Source of the DNA: Folioceros fuciformis
Taxonomy: Eukaryota
NCBI GenBank assembly: GCA_049999805.1
Contig: JBNGIO010006139.1
Coordinates: 51,034-115,033, forward strand
Length of the DNA stretch: 64,000 nucleotides
Direction: 5' to 3'
Position 1 is the first letter of the stretch. Each line of letters opens with the position of its first letter. Under the pieces are notes generated by a model. The model ran no database searches, had not been told where the DNA came from, and saw only the letters and a program-made list of their open reading frames with translations. A program made the translations under genes and the position numbers. Shown here piece by piece: positions 12,072-25,746 of the stretch.

Positions 12072-13982
12072 TCAGTGTCCTCTGGTCATCTTGATCCGCG
12101 GCATGGATTTCTTCAATTGGCGAGCCCGTTGCTTTTCTTCCCGTTTCCGCAAAGCCTCGGGACTCAGGTGGACCTCCAGGTCCTCCAATGCCTTACGTCT
12201 CTCGTCCCTCCTTTTCGAAAGTGCCTCATGTCGTGCACTTTCGGTCTCCTCTCGAAGAATCTTAGACCTGACGTCCTCTGCTCTGCGGTGTGCCTGAACC
12301 CAAACAATCACACCAACTCAAGTCAGAGCCCGATAAACTTGCCGTTGCGACAGGAACAACAGAACTAAAAGCAACCTGTGTGCCTGATGAACCCAAACAA
12401 TCAGACTACAACATGTCAGAGCTCGAAGAACTCCTCTTTGTGTGAGGAACAATAAAACTTCACACAGCTTCGCTACCAACCTCTTTGCTGAGCTTGAAGC
12501 GGCCCACAACATCAATGAAGTAAGGTACAACAGCTATAACGCGTGTCAGCTCTGTCAGCTGTTCCACTGGTGGGATGATGAACTTAAAATGGAGAACCTT
12601 TCTGTGTTGTCCTCCGCTACACTGGTCCGAAAAATGCAAGGAGACAAAATACTTGCCATGCTTCGCAAACACCTTCTCTCCAAACAACTGCAAGACAACA
12701 GGCAACAGATTCCGTTAGCACACCCCTAACAGTCCACCAGAGGGCTCCCTTCCACCGAGTACAACTTCTGTGACTGAAAGCAAAGAACCTGATCAATGAT
12801 TGCATCCTTCAAGAGATCGGAGGCGACATCCCGAGATTCGCTAATCACCGCTAGCTCGTCCGCAAGATCCTTGCGTTGGGCAGAAGCCGGTAGAACGGTA
12901 CCGAAAAGCTGCAAGTCCCTGGCTTCCTTGTGCAAGGACTTGGCATGCTTCCGCCGAGTGACGGCAAATACAAAGGGCTCCATGCTTTCATCGTTCATGT
13001 TAACCTCAATCGAAAGCTCATCCTTCCTCGGACTGAGCACGTACCACATCCTAGCAATCAGGTCATGCCGGGACTGCAGATCCAAGGTGGCTAACAGAGA
13101 CTGACAGTATCTCCTCCCACTAGCGTAGAACTTGAAGATGTTTTGGCCCTCCTTCAGCAGCAAAGGAGAATCCACTCCCTCTCCAGTTCCTAACAAACTA
13201 AAATTTTTGTCAAAAACGCTGTCCTTGGCTGCAAAAAGAGCTGCCCACTTCAGGGCAATGTCCTCGTTCATCTTCCTACCCACATAGTACGTGATTGCAA
13301 ATACGGTCAGAAATGCTAGTACCGCAGCCTCCATCAAGTAGTACTGCGGGCCCTTGGGAATGCTCCTTCCCTGAGCTCTGCTTCTTTCCTTCCCAGCGAC
13401 TTCATCAGTCTTCACAACCTGCTCCTCCTGCCTATGGGACGGGACCGCCTGCTCCTCCACAGGAAAGCCTTCAAACTCGTCCTCATCCCACCATTCCTGC
13501 CGGAGCTTGTTATCCACAATTGGACCTCCCTCCGCAGCCTCAGCTCCTCTGTTGTTCAGCACAACACGTACAGATGAGCTTCAGATGTGACAACCTGCAC
13601 GAGTACAGATGCCCGGCATCAACAATCATCCCTACCTGGAGGACACACCCGGAGCATCCTCCCCTTGCACTTCCAGCTGGTCTGCAACAGCAGGAGCCGG
13701 AGGCCCACGATCCGTCTCCAGCCCGCGAGGCTGCGGGACCGGCGGTGGCACCACAATGTGCAGCTCGGGATCGTCCTCCACCTCTTCCACCTCGTCGAAT
13801 CCCTCGAAATCGGACGCTGCCTGTGCCGCCAGGATGAACGAGGAGGACCTCGCAATCTCCTGCCCCAGCAACATCAGCACTGAAGCCAACGCCAAGTACC
13901 ACCACAGCCGCTCCACCGACAAGCCGGGAAGCCATTGCTGCAGCGTATCACGCCGCCGAACCATTCCCAGCAGCCTCAACAT
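12072..13982 (-). CDS. CCDC47: CCDC47/DUF1682 ER membrane protein (PAT complex subunit homolog)
   Basis: Signal-like hydrophobic stretch followed by SDFEGFDE, then WWDEDEFEGFP, one TM segment, LLKEGQNIFKFYASGRRYCQSLLATLDLQSRHDL, and a C-terminal coiled coil ending LSPEALRKREEKQRARQLKKSMPRIKM. Confidence 0.88.
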
Positions 13983-14472
13983 CGCCTCCTGTAAGACCCA
14001 TCACCGTCTCCATCACGATCCAGTTTCAATTCTGCATAATACACAAACCCCCGACGCATAAAGGAAGACTAAGCGTCAAGCACCACCTACAGTCCTGAGA
14101 TTCCGCTTGCACTTCCGCTCTGATCCTCCCTGCTGCCCAGTACCGGCCCACTGTCTTACTGAAAGTCGACCTGTCCATCTCAAGGCAGCTGCAAAACCCT
14201 AATCGATAATCAACGAAGCCTGAATTACCAACAGGAAAGTTGACCTGCGTCTTTTTCTAGTTGTCAGGTTGTTGAACTAGGAACTCTCCTTTCTGGGTCA
14301 GTCCTTCTTCCCCTGGTGGATAGTTCTGCATTTAGCTCATTGTCACCAATTGGTCACCATTGGCAGCTGTGGTGGCGTGTTCTTCGTTCAGCTCACTGTG
14401 GCACGGTGGGTCGTCTTATCAGATTTCAGATCTGAGGCCACATGCTCTGTCCCTCTACTTGCGAGCGTGACC

Positions 14473-16496
14473 ATGGGGTGCATGACTGGGATGGCCTTAG
14501 CTCCCGGCTCCGCTGCCTTGTCCTCCATTTTTAGCAGACATAGTTGGCAACAAGCAATTGTGTTGAAGACCTTCCCACATTCGCTCCGATTGCATAACTT
14601 TCAGTCAGGTGCTTGGTTTAGGTACACAGCACACATTTGGTACGTTCTCCCAAGTGCTGCTCCCGGATTGACCCTCGTGATTGAATTCCAGCTGTCGTAG
14701 GTCGTGCCAATGTACAAACATGGAGACCAAGGGGGAGACGAGGTTTGGTCCGTCTCTGCTGTTTCTCTTCTGCTGAGTACAGCTTGGCACATCCCTTGAA
14801 TGGCATAGTGGTTGTTGCCTAGGGGGTATATTCTACGACCCTGCTCGAGCTGTTCTGGCAAGCAATTCTCCATCTGCAGGAGCCAACTCGGACCTGGTGG
14901 GGTTGGTGACCGGTTCACAAAAGCATGTTCATTCCTTTCCGCTCTCGTATCAGACACAGATTGGTAATGAGATTTCTCAGTGTAGCGCTTTGTCTTCTAC
15001 AGGTTGTTCCTGCCAAGAGTGTTTCGGTCATACTGCTGGCTGGCGGCAAAGGCAAACGAATGGGGGTAAGTGTGACCTCATTTTCAGATTGTGTTGCGTC
15101 TGGCGCTTTTATCAGAGATCAGGAATGAAGCGGCTGACACGGTTCCATTGACAGGCCAGTATGCCAAAGCAGTATCTCCCTCTTCTGGGGCAACCGATTG
15201 CTCTGTACAGGTACTTCATGCCTGAAGTTGGGTCTCTTCCGATCACTCCCGTGAGCAGTAGCTAGGAAAAGGACCAAACTGACAAAGGTAAAGCTGCTGG
15301 GCAGCTTCTTCACATTCGCAGGCATGTCAGAGGTGAAGGAGATGGTGGTTGTGTGTGACCCCTCATATCGTGACGTCTTTGAAAGTATGTGTGTGTATTT
15401 CCTCCCTCTCTCCTAAACATGGCCTCTCCACTCTCAAGAGCTGTACTCACGAGAATGCGCTTGCAGAAGGTGGCAAGGACCTGACTGTAACCTTGAAGTT
15501 CGCTCTACCAGGGAAGGAAAGACAGGATTCTGTTGAAAGTGGATTAAAGGTTCAGAACTGCAGACCATAGCATCCCAATCCTCAAGCCACCAAATCACCA
15601 AACTGCGGTTGTCTTACTTCTGTCCCGTTCTTTGCAGGAAATCAGCCCGGGGTCAAGGCTGGCATGTGTACATGATTCCGCACGGCCCCTTGTCCTTGCT
15701 TCAGACATCAAGAAGGTAGCCACCATACCAACCCATGTCTCCTTGTACATAACACCAGCCAGCGTTCCTACTCTGTCCATACCTGCCATTGGTGAAGGAA
15801 GTTCTGTGGATGTGAATCCATCCAGGTACTGGGTGATGCCTTCGTTCACGGAGCTGCTGTTCTTGGTGTGCCTGTCAAGGCAACCATAAAGGAGGTGACA
15901 TTAATGGTTCCCACGCCTTGCACTTAGTATCCTCTCCTCGTAATCTCTGTATCCACCTTACTGTCTGCACAATCCATCAGGCAACTGAAAACCAGTTTGT
16001 TGCAAAGACACTGAACAGACAAACTCTCTGGGAAATGCACACCCCTCAGGTACGATTTTACGATTAGTCTTCCTACCCGCATGTGGCAGCTTTGTTAACT
16101 GAGCTCTATCTAATATAACCCAATGGGACAGGTCATTGAACCAAGCCTCCTTCGGAAGGGATTTGAGCTTGTGAGAGAGTACGTGACTCAGATCTTTGAC
16201 GTATAGATTGAGATGGGGTTTTCCTCCTAAACATGATTCATGCAGGAAATCCTTGGAGGTGACTGACGATGTCTCAATCGTCGAGTATCTGAACCACCCA
16301 GTGTACATCACTCCAGGGTCTTACACAAATCTCAAGGTGATTCAACATTGCAGGTCAATGGAATCTGGGAAAAAGGTGAAAATCTGGCAATGCCTATGGT
16401 GCTGATCCCCTTTGTGCACAGGTGACCACACCCGACGATCTCATGGTGGCTGAACGAATCCTTCTCAGTGAAAGGAGCGAAGTTGCGGCCAGATAG
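14473..16496 (+). CDS. ispD: 2-C-methyl-D-erythritol 4-phosphate cytidylyltransferase (MEP pathway), plastid-targeted, multi-exon
   Basis: Exons read [15 protein letters not shown] / [19 protein letters not shown] / PGKERQDSV / [11 protein letters not shown] / [15 protein letters not shown] / LWEMHTPQ / [10 protein letters not shown] / VTTPDDL. TAG at 16494-16496. Start Met is inferred. Confidence 0.95.
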
Positions 16497-17692
16497 TAGT
16501 ATGGATGTAAAGCCTCGAAGGAACGATCACAGAAAATGCCACTCCTCGGAGTCACATGTCTTCAAAAAATTTAGTCCCGTGTTGGACATGAGCTTTCAAG
16601 CACGAAAGCATTGTCTATGCACGATTCTGCTAAAGGCAGACAGGGCAAATCCAGATACAGGACGTTTGAGGTAGAACCTAGATGCGATATTACCTGCTCT
16701 AGGTTATTTCTAATTCTTCTCTCACCTGTAGCCTGGGGAAGAAGTGGATTGTAATGGCTCAATAATTCGATAATTCTTTCGTAGAAATAGAAATCTTATA
16801 GTAATGATTGAATAATCTGAAAACATTAAATTATATGAAGTATTTCAAACACTTTAGCCACACACAAAACTTATTAGGCATCAGTTTTGCCCAATAGCAT
16901 GTAGGGACTACATGATGAACAAGTGGAGACTGATCTCCAAATTGGCACACATGCAAAACTTGAATTGTTGTCTTTGCTATCAAATGCAGCCCACTGAAGA
17001 GTTCAATATGTTGGCAAGAAATAAAACAATCATAAGCAAGGAGCCATTGGAAATGCAATCCCAAGTGCTCTTTCCACAGACGCACCTAAGCCTTGAAGCC
17101 ACGAGACATCAGTCCTCATGCACAAGGAATTTTTTTGTCACATTCATGCTTAACAAATTGGGAACATGAAATGAAACCTATTCCGTGCGTACCTACAACA
17201 CACAAATCCTAGTGCCATTTGAGGGATGGCAAGCCAAAGCGTGTGCAGCCCTTACCATCATAGCAAATCAACCAACCAAAGCAACCTCAAGGGTATGTAT
17301 CAGTGCGATCCATTGTTCCAAATCATATTCAATTGTTGTCAACACATTGTCCCAACACTAAGTGCTTGCATTTGCAATTGGTCTGGAGATCCTCTAGCCC
17401 TACTGCAGCTTAGGGGAAGCCATCACCTATTTCTCTATATTTGCTTAAACAGACCTAGCAACATGACAGGCAATACAAGCATTCAATTTTATGTGATGCG
17501 GACCAAGTGTCCTCCATCCTTGGCCCATGTGGGTAGTGATTGTCCTTTGTGGCGCCTTCATTGCTTAGCACCAAGGAAGTCTGGTGATATGCTGCTATGT
17601 AAATATGTATCGTACCTGCTAAAGCTTGATGTCTGGTGATTTGTTTGAAGGAGAACAAAATACCAATACATGCTATAGCCCGATAGTGCGAG

Positions 17693-17832
17693 ACCGCACC
17701 CACAACCTTGGAAACATTGGATGGCATGTCACACCGCACCCACAACCTTGGAAACATTGGATGGCATGTCACACCNNNNNNNNNNTCACACCGCACCCAC
17801 AACCTTGGAAACATTGGATGGCATGTCACACC
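17693..17832. repeat. 40-bp tandem repeat (at least 3 copies, collapsed over a 10-N gap)
   Basis: Unit CACAACCTTGGAAACATTGGATGGCATGTCACACCGCACC at 17701, 17741 and again after the gap. Confidence 0.95.
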
Positions 17833-18016
17833 CTGTAGGAGGTGTATATGAACCTCATGACATAGCTAGAAGAAGAAGGGCCTCATCATGGAGAATGATA
17901 TAAGCTAAAGAAGTCTAAGTCTACTATAATCTACTAGCATAAAATTTTATCACCTTGGTACTTAACAACGTTTTCTCACTTCAGCTACCACAAGGGCAGT
18001 CGCACTCTTGCTAGCC

Positions 18017-18945
18017 ATACCACCGAAGTACCTCAAGAAACACCAGAGGCGTAGCCACCACTTTCTTATAAACGTGTGGATGTGCGTGTACCAGTGCTAG
18101 GAATACCACTGAAGTACCTCAAGAAACACAAGCGGTGTAGCCACCATCACTATCTTATAAGCGTGTGGATGTGTGTACCGGTCCCCCACTATCGCCTCAT
18201 GTACTCCTTGCCCATGTGCTACGCGTACATTGTTGCCTTGATTGTACTGTGTAAGGAGCTGCAGGTGCTTTTCCAGATTTGCATTACTGGAGTTCTACTG
18301 GCATTACTATCTATGCATAAGGTACTCGAGGATCTCTCTCACAGTTGTATTATTGGTGTGCTATTGGCATTGCTCTTTTGGTAGTGCTTTTCCATACTTG
18401 CATTACTGGTGTTCTACGGGCATTCCTGTATATGCATAGCGTACTAGAGGATCTCTCTCCCAGTTGCATTATTGGTGTGCTATTGGCATTGCTCTTTTGG
18501 TATTGGATGTAGAAGATTTTTCCTCAGAAGATTTTTCCTCATAAATGTAGTAGTAGTCTTGTACCAGCATTATTGTGTTTGCATTGGATGCCATAGGCTC
18601 TTTCTTATAGTCACATTCTCTTTTGATGTTGGATTCTCGACTTTTCTTCATAGATGCAGTAGCGGTCTTGTACTAGCATTGTTGCAATTGCATTCTTGCA
18701 GAAGGATTTTCCTCATAGCTGGAGTAGTGGTCTTGCAGTAGTGGTCTTGTATTGGCATTGTTGTGTTTGCTTTGGATGCCAGAGGCTCTTTCGCATTCTC
18801 AGTGTTCTTTTGGCATTGCCATCTCATTATTGGTATTGCTATATATATGATGCTAGGGTTTCCCTCCTCTGAATTCAATGTAGTGGCTTGGCTTGTCTCT
18901 TGATGCTAGGCTTTCCCTCTTCCTGAATTCAATGTAGTGGCTTGT
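18017..18945. repeat. Patchwork of degenerate local direct duplications (periods about 86, 119 and 52 bp) in AT-richer intergenic DNA; possible transposon relic
   Basis: GAAGTACCTCAAGAAACAC x2, GCATTACTGG...GAGGATCTCTCTC...TATTGGCATTGCTCTTTTGGTA x2 and GATGCTAGG...CTGAATTCAATGTAGTGGCTTG x2. No transposase or RT motif was seen. Confidence 0.7.
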
Positions 18946-19443
18946 CTCTTGTTTTGTCTTCGCTATGGCTCCATTGTGGCTTCACACGTAAAGCAATGGG
19001 GAAAGGGCAAATTGCTCAACAACAATGCTGTGCTTGTTGCTATCTACCATTGCGCATCATAAGACACGGCATTAGAGTCCGGAATCAGAACAATACGCTT
19101 AACACGTGGTTGATACGGGAACCAACACACTTAAATTGTTAGGCCTGGAAATGGATCGAGTTGTGTATATTTTGTGGAATTGGGAAACGAGTTGAATCGA
19201 CAAGGGTACAGAGAGAGATAACGGGGGCACAAGTTACGGAACGGGGTACGGCGGTGAGCTGGTGGAGGCAGTCCGTTGGAGGCAACGGCAATGGGACGGG
19301 TTTGAAACGGGAGAGGGAGACGGTGCGAGGGTGACAGAACCCTCTCCCCGCCAAAGGTGGGTCTTGAAGTGGGCAGCTGTGGCCATGGCGCCTGGCGTTA
19401 GACGTCGAGCGTGATCGACGCCAGCAGCGTCGCGGCAAAGGGG

Positions 19444-22400
19444 ATGACGACCATGGTGGAAGTGCGAGGAGCGCCCGCCATGGCACCGGAGACGGAGGCC
19501 AGGACCGGGGCCGTGTCGGTAATCCACGAGGCCGTCATTCAGACTCCCAGCGCCTTCTACGCCGGCGGCAGCAGCAGCGGCAGTAGCAACCCTTCTTCCC
19601 GCATCTGGGGCGCCTCTCCTCCACCGGCATTCCTCCGGGTCGGGGATGCCTCCGGCTCTTTCGTGGCGCCCTCGGAATCGTCGGATTCCTCGTACGCCAC
19701 AGCTCCCGTCTCCTTCGCCTCGGGCTGGAGTGGGGCTAGAAGCCACAGGAAGGGCGCAGCGTCTGCAGTGCCTCCAGGGCCTGCAGGTCCGGCAGTTCCC
19801 GCTTCTGCATCCTCCGGGGGCGCCTCGTCTACATTTGTGTCAGCTTCTTCTTCATCCTCGTTCCAGTCCTTCTCCTCGCCAACCTCTGCATTTTCCTCAC
19901 CTGCAGCCGTCTCGTCCTCTGCTCCCGCAGTTGGATCTGGATCCAGCGGATCTGAGGCGGCCATGGCCAAGGGCGCCAGGAGGCAGGCGGGAAGGCAGGA
20001 TTCGGGGACTTCCACCCGCGCGCCGGCTGGATTCCGCGCTGGCCAGGAGCAGGAGGCCGCGTCCGATGAGGAAGCTGCGTCCGGGAAGCTCAAAGCTGGC
20101 TTGCAGAATTCCGGCAAGGCGAGTTTTAAAAATTCTGCGAAGGGGGAGTCCTGGAATTCCTCGGATTTCCGCGCGGCGGATGCCGGGTTCAGGTTCCAGT
20201 CGATGAAAGGCTCCGGGGAATCCTCTGCACCTGGTGGCAATGTCGGCTTTAGGTTTGGAGCGGATAACGCCGCGGCCGCTGCCTTTGCTGGAGGTGGGGG
20301 TGGCTTTAGGTTTGGAGCGAGAGTGGCTGCGGATGAGTTTAGGGCCTCGGTTACCGCGCACACGGCTTTGGCTTTCCAATCGGAATCATCGGTTTTGAGT
20401 GGTTTGAGTCGGTTGGATTTGAATTCGGAGACCGTTGTCTCTGGAGCAAGAGCAGGAGCAGGTCGGGAAAGTGTGTTCACCCGTGATGTTTTTTGCAGGG
20501 TGAAAGCGGAGAACGGGGTGGGATCTGTGAGTCAAAACGCTGACTCACAGTCGCCTGGTTTGAAGTATGGTGTCGAGCCACTGACGGAGAGTAACAGAGT
20601 GAGCTCCAAGTTCAATCGGGCAACCCCGTTGCCAGGTGGTACCTCTGCAGATGATGCAATGGAAAGTTCCAGTACCAATGCCCCGAAGTTTGGGCAACCA
20701 GGGTTTTCGAGGGAGGAGGTCAGCAGCGGGCAGTCGAGGTTCAAGGTTGAGAATGTTGGACCATCCGCTGATGCACCTCATGCTGACATGTCTGGTAGAA
20801 GTAGCGGTAGGTTCAAGTTGGGCAGTGGTGCGGCAGCTACTAGTACTCACAAGCAGCAGGCTGCATCGGACCATGTTTCTCCAACTGCTAAGTTTGCTGA
20901 ATTCACGGGAGAGACATTGGCGGGGGTAGGAGACCAAGAGAATTTTAGACCGAGAGCTAATGGGAGGACTCTCGACCGAGAGCACTTATTTTCTTTCGAG
21001 GGGAGGCCTTTTCCTGCTTCCTTTCTGAAGAATGGCAATGGCAGTGCCGGGCTCGAATCTCCAACTTCTTCGAATGAGGGGTCGTCTCCTGTTTTTGTTT
21101 TTGGAGCTACTCCAGCTGCACGTGCAGGAGCTTCACAGGACCAGGAGATCGATGTTTCAAGGTTGCCTCGAGGATTCTCAAAACAGAGGAGGAGATCATT
21201 TTCGTTGAAGACAAAAGGCTTGGCTCTGTCGGGTCATTCCACTGTTTCCTTCTCCGATGTTACTTCTTCAGTGACGTCTGGTGCGTCTCAAGGGGAAGCA
21301 TCCTCAGCTGATGCAGTGTTTGATTTCCAGGAAGCTGCAGACAGAATTTTCAAGGCAGGCCCTGTCCAGGGCTCTGGTGATGTTCCCAGCGGTGTGGAGC
21401 CTACACATGGAGCCACTCCTTCCAGAACTCCCGCTGAAGAGCCTCAGTCTGCTGATGTCCCAAGTCCCCCTGTTGCAGGGGCAGAAGGGTTATCACCTCC
21501 TCCGCAGGTTGGTGCAACAAACTGGAATGTTGTTTTTGCAGGCGTGGGCAATTTGTTCAAGCAATCCTTCTCACTCCATGATAACGTTGAACAGAGAGGC
21601 TTCAGTGGCTCAGCATCTCCACCTCCGCCTCCTATCGAGCCCTTGCTTTTCAGCTTTCAATCGTTTGATTTGTCCGGCCCAGAGACTGAAGGGAATGCTG
21701 GTGCCAACTCTGGCCCTTTTGTCTTTGGTGCCACCAGGGCAGTTCCTGTGGAAAGTCAGCAACATCCAAGTGCTGTGAAAAGGAAGAAAGGAAAGCTGCA
21801 TCAGGCCTCCAGCCGAAAGTCTGGAAAGTCTCCTTCTCTTAGTGCCACGCAAGGCTCCACAACCAGTTCTGATGATCGATCCCCCTCACCCATGGATTTC
21901 TCTCCGCGAAATGGAGAGGACATGGAGCCGCAAGATGGATTAGGGGCTCTTCTCTCAGCTGCTGCTAACCTTAGCATCGGTAAAGATAGCAGTGCAGGGA
22001 ATGCAGGTGCTGAAGAAGAACCTGATGAAGGGAAGGGTGGAACAGAGAATGATGGCTCAACTGTTGCTGGTAAAACTGGAAAGTCAAAAAGGTCCTCTTC
22101 GGAAAGCAGCTCTTTGTCAGAAGATGGTGAAGGGAGTGCCAATTCACCTGAGAGTGATGGAGGAACCTCTAATTGGTCTGGCTTTGTCTTTTCTGCCAGC
22201 CCTTTGCATCCAGCTTCGGGTGTGCAAAGACGGATTGTCCGCAAGTCATATCGCGAAAAGGGCCCTGACAGTAGGAGATTTGTGAGTGTCAAAGGGCGTA
22301 GAGAGTTTTCTTCTGGCATGGGGACCTCATTGTCAGCAGATCAAACGATTGCTGAAGATTTAGGTTCAAGGTTACATATATTTGAAAGACAGGCTGGTAC

Positions 22401-25400
22401 CAGTCTGAGATCTACAGAGGGAGATGGCTCAGCGAGAAGCTCTGCTAGCCCTGAGAGCCAGAACGTAAAAGCCCCTCAGAATATTGGAAATCCATACAGG
22501 ACAGAAGCAAGGGTGGAGTTATTAGCAACACCTGCGAGCCCCAGGGCTGCAGTAGCTGTTGCAGCTGAGCAGGCTTGTGAAAAATGGAGATTGAGGTATG
22601 TCGACCACTGCTCAGTTTATTTGGCGGAGCAGTGCTGCTTTGTCCACATGTAGCTTGCAAATGTGGGTAAGAATTACTGGTAATGGAGTGCAGGGGCAAC
22701 CAGGCTTATGAGAGTGGAGACTTCTCTAAAGCAGAGGAGTACTATTCTCGCGGTGCTGGCAGTGTATCTTCACATATGACGTCGCAAAGCTGTGTCCGAG
22801 CTTTGATGCTCTGCTACAGCAACAGGGCTGCGACTAGAATGGCCATTGGAAGAATGAGGGATGCCATTGGGGACTGTGTCCGTGCTATGTCTGTGGATCC
22901 TAACTTCTTACGTGTGAGGCTTCGGCTGGCTAAGTAAGTGTGCAGTGATGGCTTTGGTCTGGTGCACTGAATTGTACAAGACTGCAGGTCTGTTATGGGG
23001 GTTTTCACGTAGAAGTTTTCCTAGTGCAGTATCGTCATTGGTTTTTGCAGCTTGTCAGAAACTCAGCTTTATGTTTGCATCCAGCTGCCATTTGTCTTTG
23101 GGAGAAACGGAAGCAGCGTCAGCTGCATTCAAGGAGTGTTTGAAGCGAGTGAAGGAAGGAGACCATGTTCTTGACTCGAAGATTGCAGCAGAGGCTGCAG
23201 AAGGTTTGAAGAAAACACAGGTATCCGTCAAAATCAGGCAGGCCTCCTCACAGAAAGCATCTGTGTTTTAAATGATGAACCAGTTGTGGATCCTTGAGGG
23301 ATAACAGGTTTCAGAAATGCTGCGGGAAACATGCTTTTAAAGGTTGTGATAAGCTTGAATAGTTTGAGTTGAGCTTCTGAGCTTTTGAGCTGGTGGTCAA
23401 TCACATGTCCCTTGTGAAATTCAGGTTGTACAGGAGTACACTGACCGGGCATTAGAGCTTTTGAAGACCTTGAATGTCGCAGATCAAACAAATGCTTTAC
23501 GACTGGTGACAGAAGCATTAAAGCACAGCCAATATACAGACAAGTTGGTGGAATTAAAAGCCATCGCTCTACTTTTGGTACGTTGAGTATGATCGTAATA
23601 CACCACGTTTACCATGAGATGTGTAGCTTGCGTTAGTTCGATGTTTTTCCAGCTAAGCATCTGACTGCATCAAAACTGGCTGATAGTTGAGGAAGTACGA
23701 GGACGCTGAGCAGCTCTGTGAGCAGACTCTTGTGGCAGCAGAGCGGAATTATCCTATGTCGGATGTGCCAAAGAACAGTAACAGTGAATCCTCTCCTGGG
23801 CAGCCGTACAATATTTGGAGGTGGAAGGTCTTTGCTAAATGTAAGTACCATCTTGGGAAACTGGAGGAATCTCTAGAGTACCTGCAGAGGATAGAGCAAT
23901 TTACGCCTGCTTTCAGTGACAGGTAAGCCCTTCTCTGAAGTCTCTGCTTTTGCTTGTCATCACTCGCAGTTTCTGGGGTTCAGCTTCAGCCATTAGATTT
24001 GAATAATCGCTTTGTGACAGCTTTTTTTGGATTGGTTTGCTGTATAGCAGTCTCCGGATGGGCCGCAGTTTCATGAGTGCTTTTGTGTGTGAGCGCTTAA
24101 AGATGATGTGCAGTATATGTTTCTGAAATCTGATCAATGGGAGCAACTTGTATTGCAGGCTCGATTTCTGGCAGATTTTGGACATCAAATCTCCCCAGAG
24201 TTCAACGATTCGCAATCTTTTGCAATATAAGGTGGCCTGCTTGAAACTGCTTTCCTTGGTATACAGCAAAACCGGATGTCAAGTTGTCGTTAAAGTTGTG
24301 TACGCTGCTGATCTCACGTTTCTGTTCATCCATAGGCAGCAGGTAATGAAGCTTTCCAAGCTAACAGACATGCAGATGCAGTGGAACAGTACACTGCTGC
24401 CCTAGCATGCAGTGGAGACTCCCGCCCATTCAATGCTGTCTGTCTGTGCAATCGAGCCGCAGCCTCACAGGCGCTAGGGCACATTGCAGATGCGATTGCA
24501 GATTGCAGCAGGGCAATCGCCCTTGATCCAAAGTATGCAAAGGTTTGTGTAACCCTTATCCTTTTAACTTGCTTCACTTTTCTCGAGCATTAGTCTGATT
24601 TGGTGTTATGCTTGAGCATAGTAGCTGATGGATATAGCACTAGAGTCGGTTGATTGCTTTGCTTCGAGCACGAGTCTCTGAACGAAGATTGAAGCCCTAC
24701 ACGTGTACAGGCCATTTCAAGGAGGGCGACTTTGCATGAGCTTGTGCGGGATTATTCCCAGTCTGTCAGCGATCTACAACGGCTGATTTCACTGCTCGAA
24801 AGCCAGAAGCTGCATGCTAAGGGTGGCCACGGGGGTAAGCCGAAATCAACCACCATCAGCCAGGACCTACATCAAGCTCGCGAAAGGTTGGCCAAAGCGG
24901 ACGAAGAAATCAGGATGAGAAAGAAGGATCATCCTCTGGACCACTATTTGATTCTGTAAGTTAACCTTGTAAACCATCTGAGGTGAAGTTGAGAAGGGTG
25001 AGAAATAGGGTTCAGGGTGGTTATGTGTGAAATGCAGAGGGGTTGATAAAGTCAGCACTAATGGCGAGATCAAGAAGGCATACAGAAAAGCAGCCTTGAG
25101 GCATCATCCTGACAAGGTACGTCTGTTCCCATTTCGCTCTTCACTTCATCATTATCTGCAGCCTCCTAGAATCACGGTACTAAATAGTTTCAGCACGATT
25201 CAAGAGATTCGTCGTTTGTCATGCGGGGCACACGGCGTCCTTACTTAGTGTGTGGTTGACTGTTCAGGCGGGCCAGTTTGTGGTATGGAATGATGGAGCT
25301 GATGACACCCTGTGGCAAGAGATTCGTGATGAAGTTAGGCGGGATGCAGAGCGTCTCTTCAAACTCATCGGGGAAGCAAACGCCGTACTTTCAGATCCTA

Positions 25401-25746
25401 TCAAGGTACATACGCTCCTCATCTGTGTCAACATGTATGCCCCATCCCCCGTATGATGGTGTCTGACAGTACTTGCTGTAAACCACAGCGTGCGCAGTAT
25501 GATAAACTAGAAGATGCACGCAAGATCGGAGCACATGCCGCCGACATATACGCAGACTGCACAAGAAATAGACGACACCACTCGTCGGATCGCTACGAGT
25601 CGTACAGCGGCTACTCGCAACAGTATCGCTGGCAAAGTGCCCCCGATGCTGCGCAGCCTGACACCTACGCCCGAAGGGGCCGGAATGTCTCGCACCCCGG
25701 TTACAGCACGGGAGACGGCTGTGGACGATACGATTGGGATGATTGA
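19444..25746 (+). CDS. Large TPR + J-domain co-chaperone (DNAJC7/plant TPR15-16-like) with a long low-complexity N-terminus
   Basis: First exon of about 1050 aa, Ser-rich, ending EQACEKWRLR. TPR exons GNQAYESGDFSKAEEYYSRG...LMLCYSNRAATRM and AGNEAFQA...CLCNRAAASQALGHIADAIADCSRAIALDPKYAK. J-domain LDHYLIL / EIKKAYRKAALRHHPDK / DAERLFKLIGEANAVLSDP. Confidence 0.92.

Noticed and set aside
16700-19000. Intact transposon in the AT-rich repeat interval
   Set aside because: No LTRs, TIRs or transposase/RT coding remnants were visible; recorded only as repeats.
19557-20480. Long antisense ORFs (e.g. 19557-20480, 51136-51900, 58631-59668, 30955-31629)
   Set aside because: These are shadows of GC-rich real CDSs on the opposite strand, with no motifs of their own.
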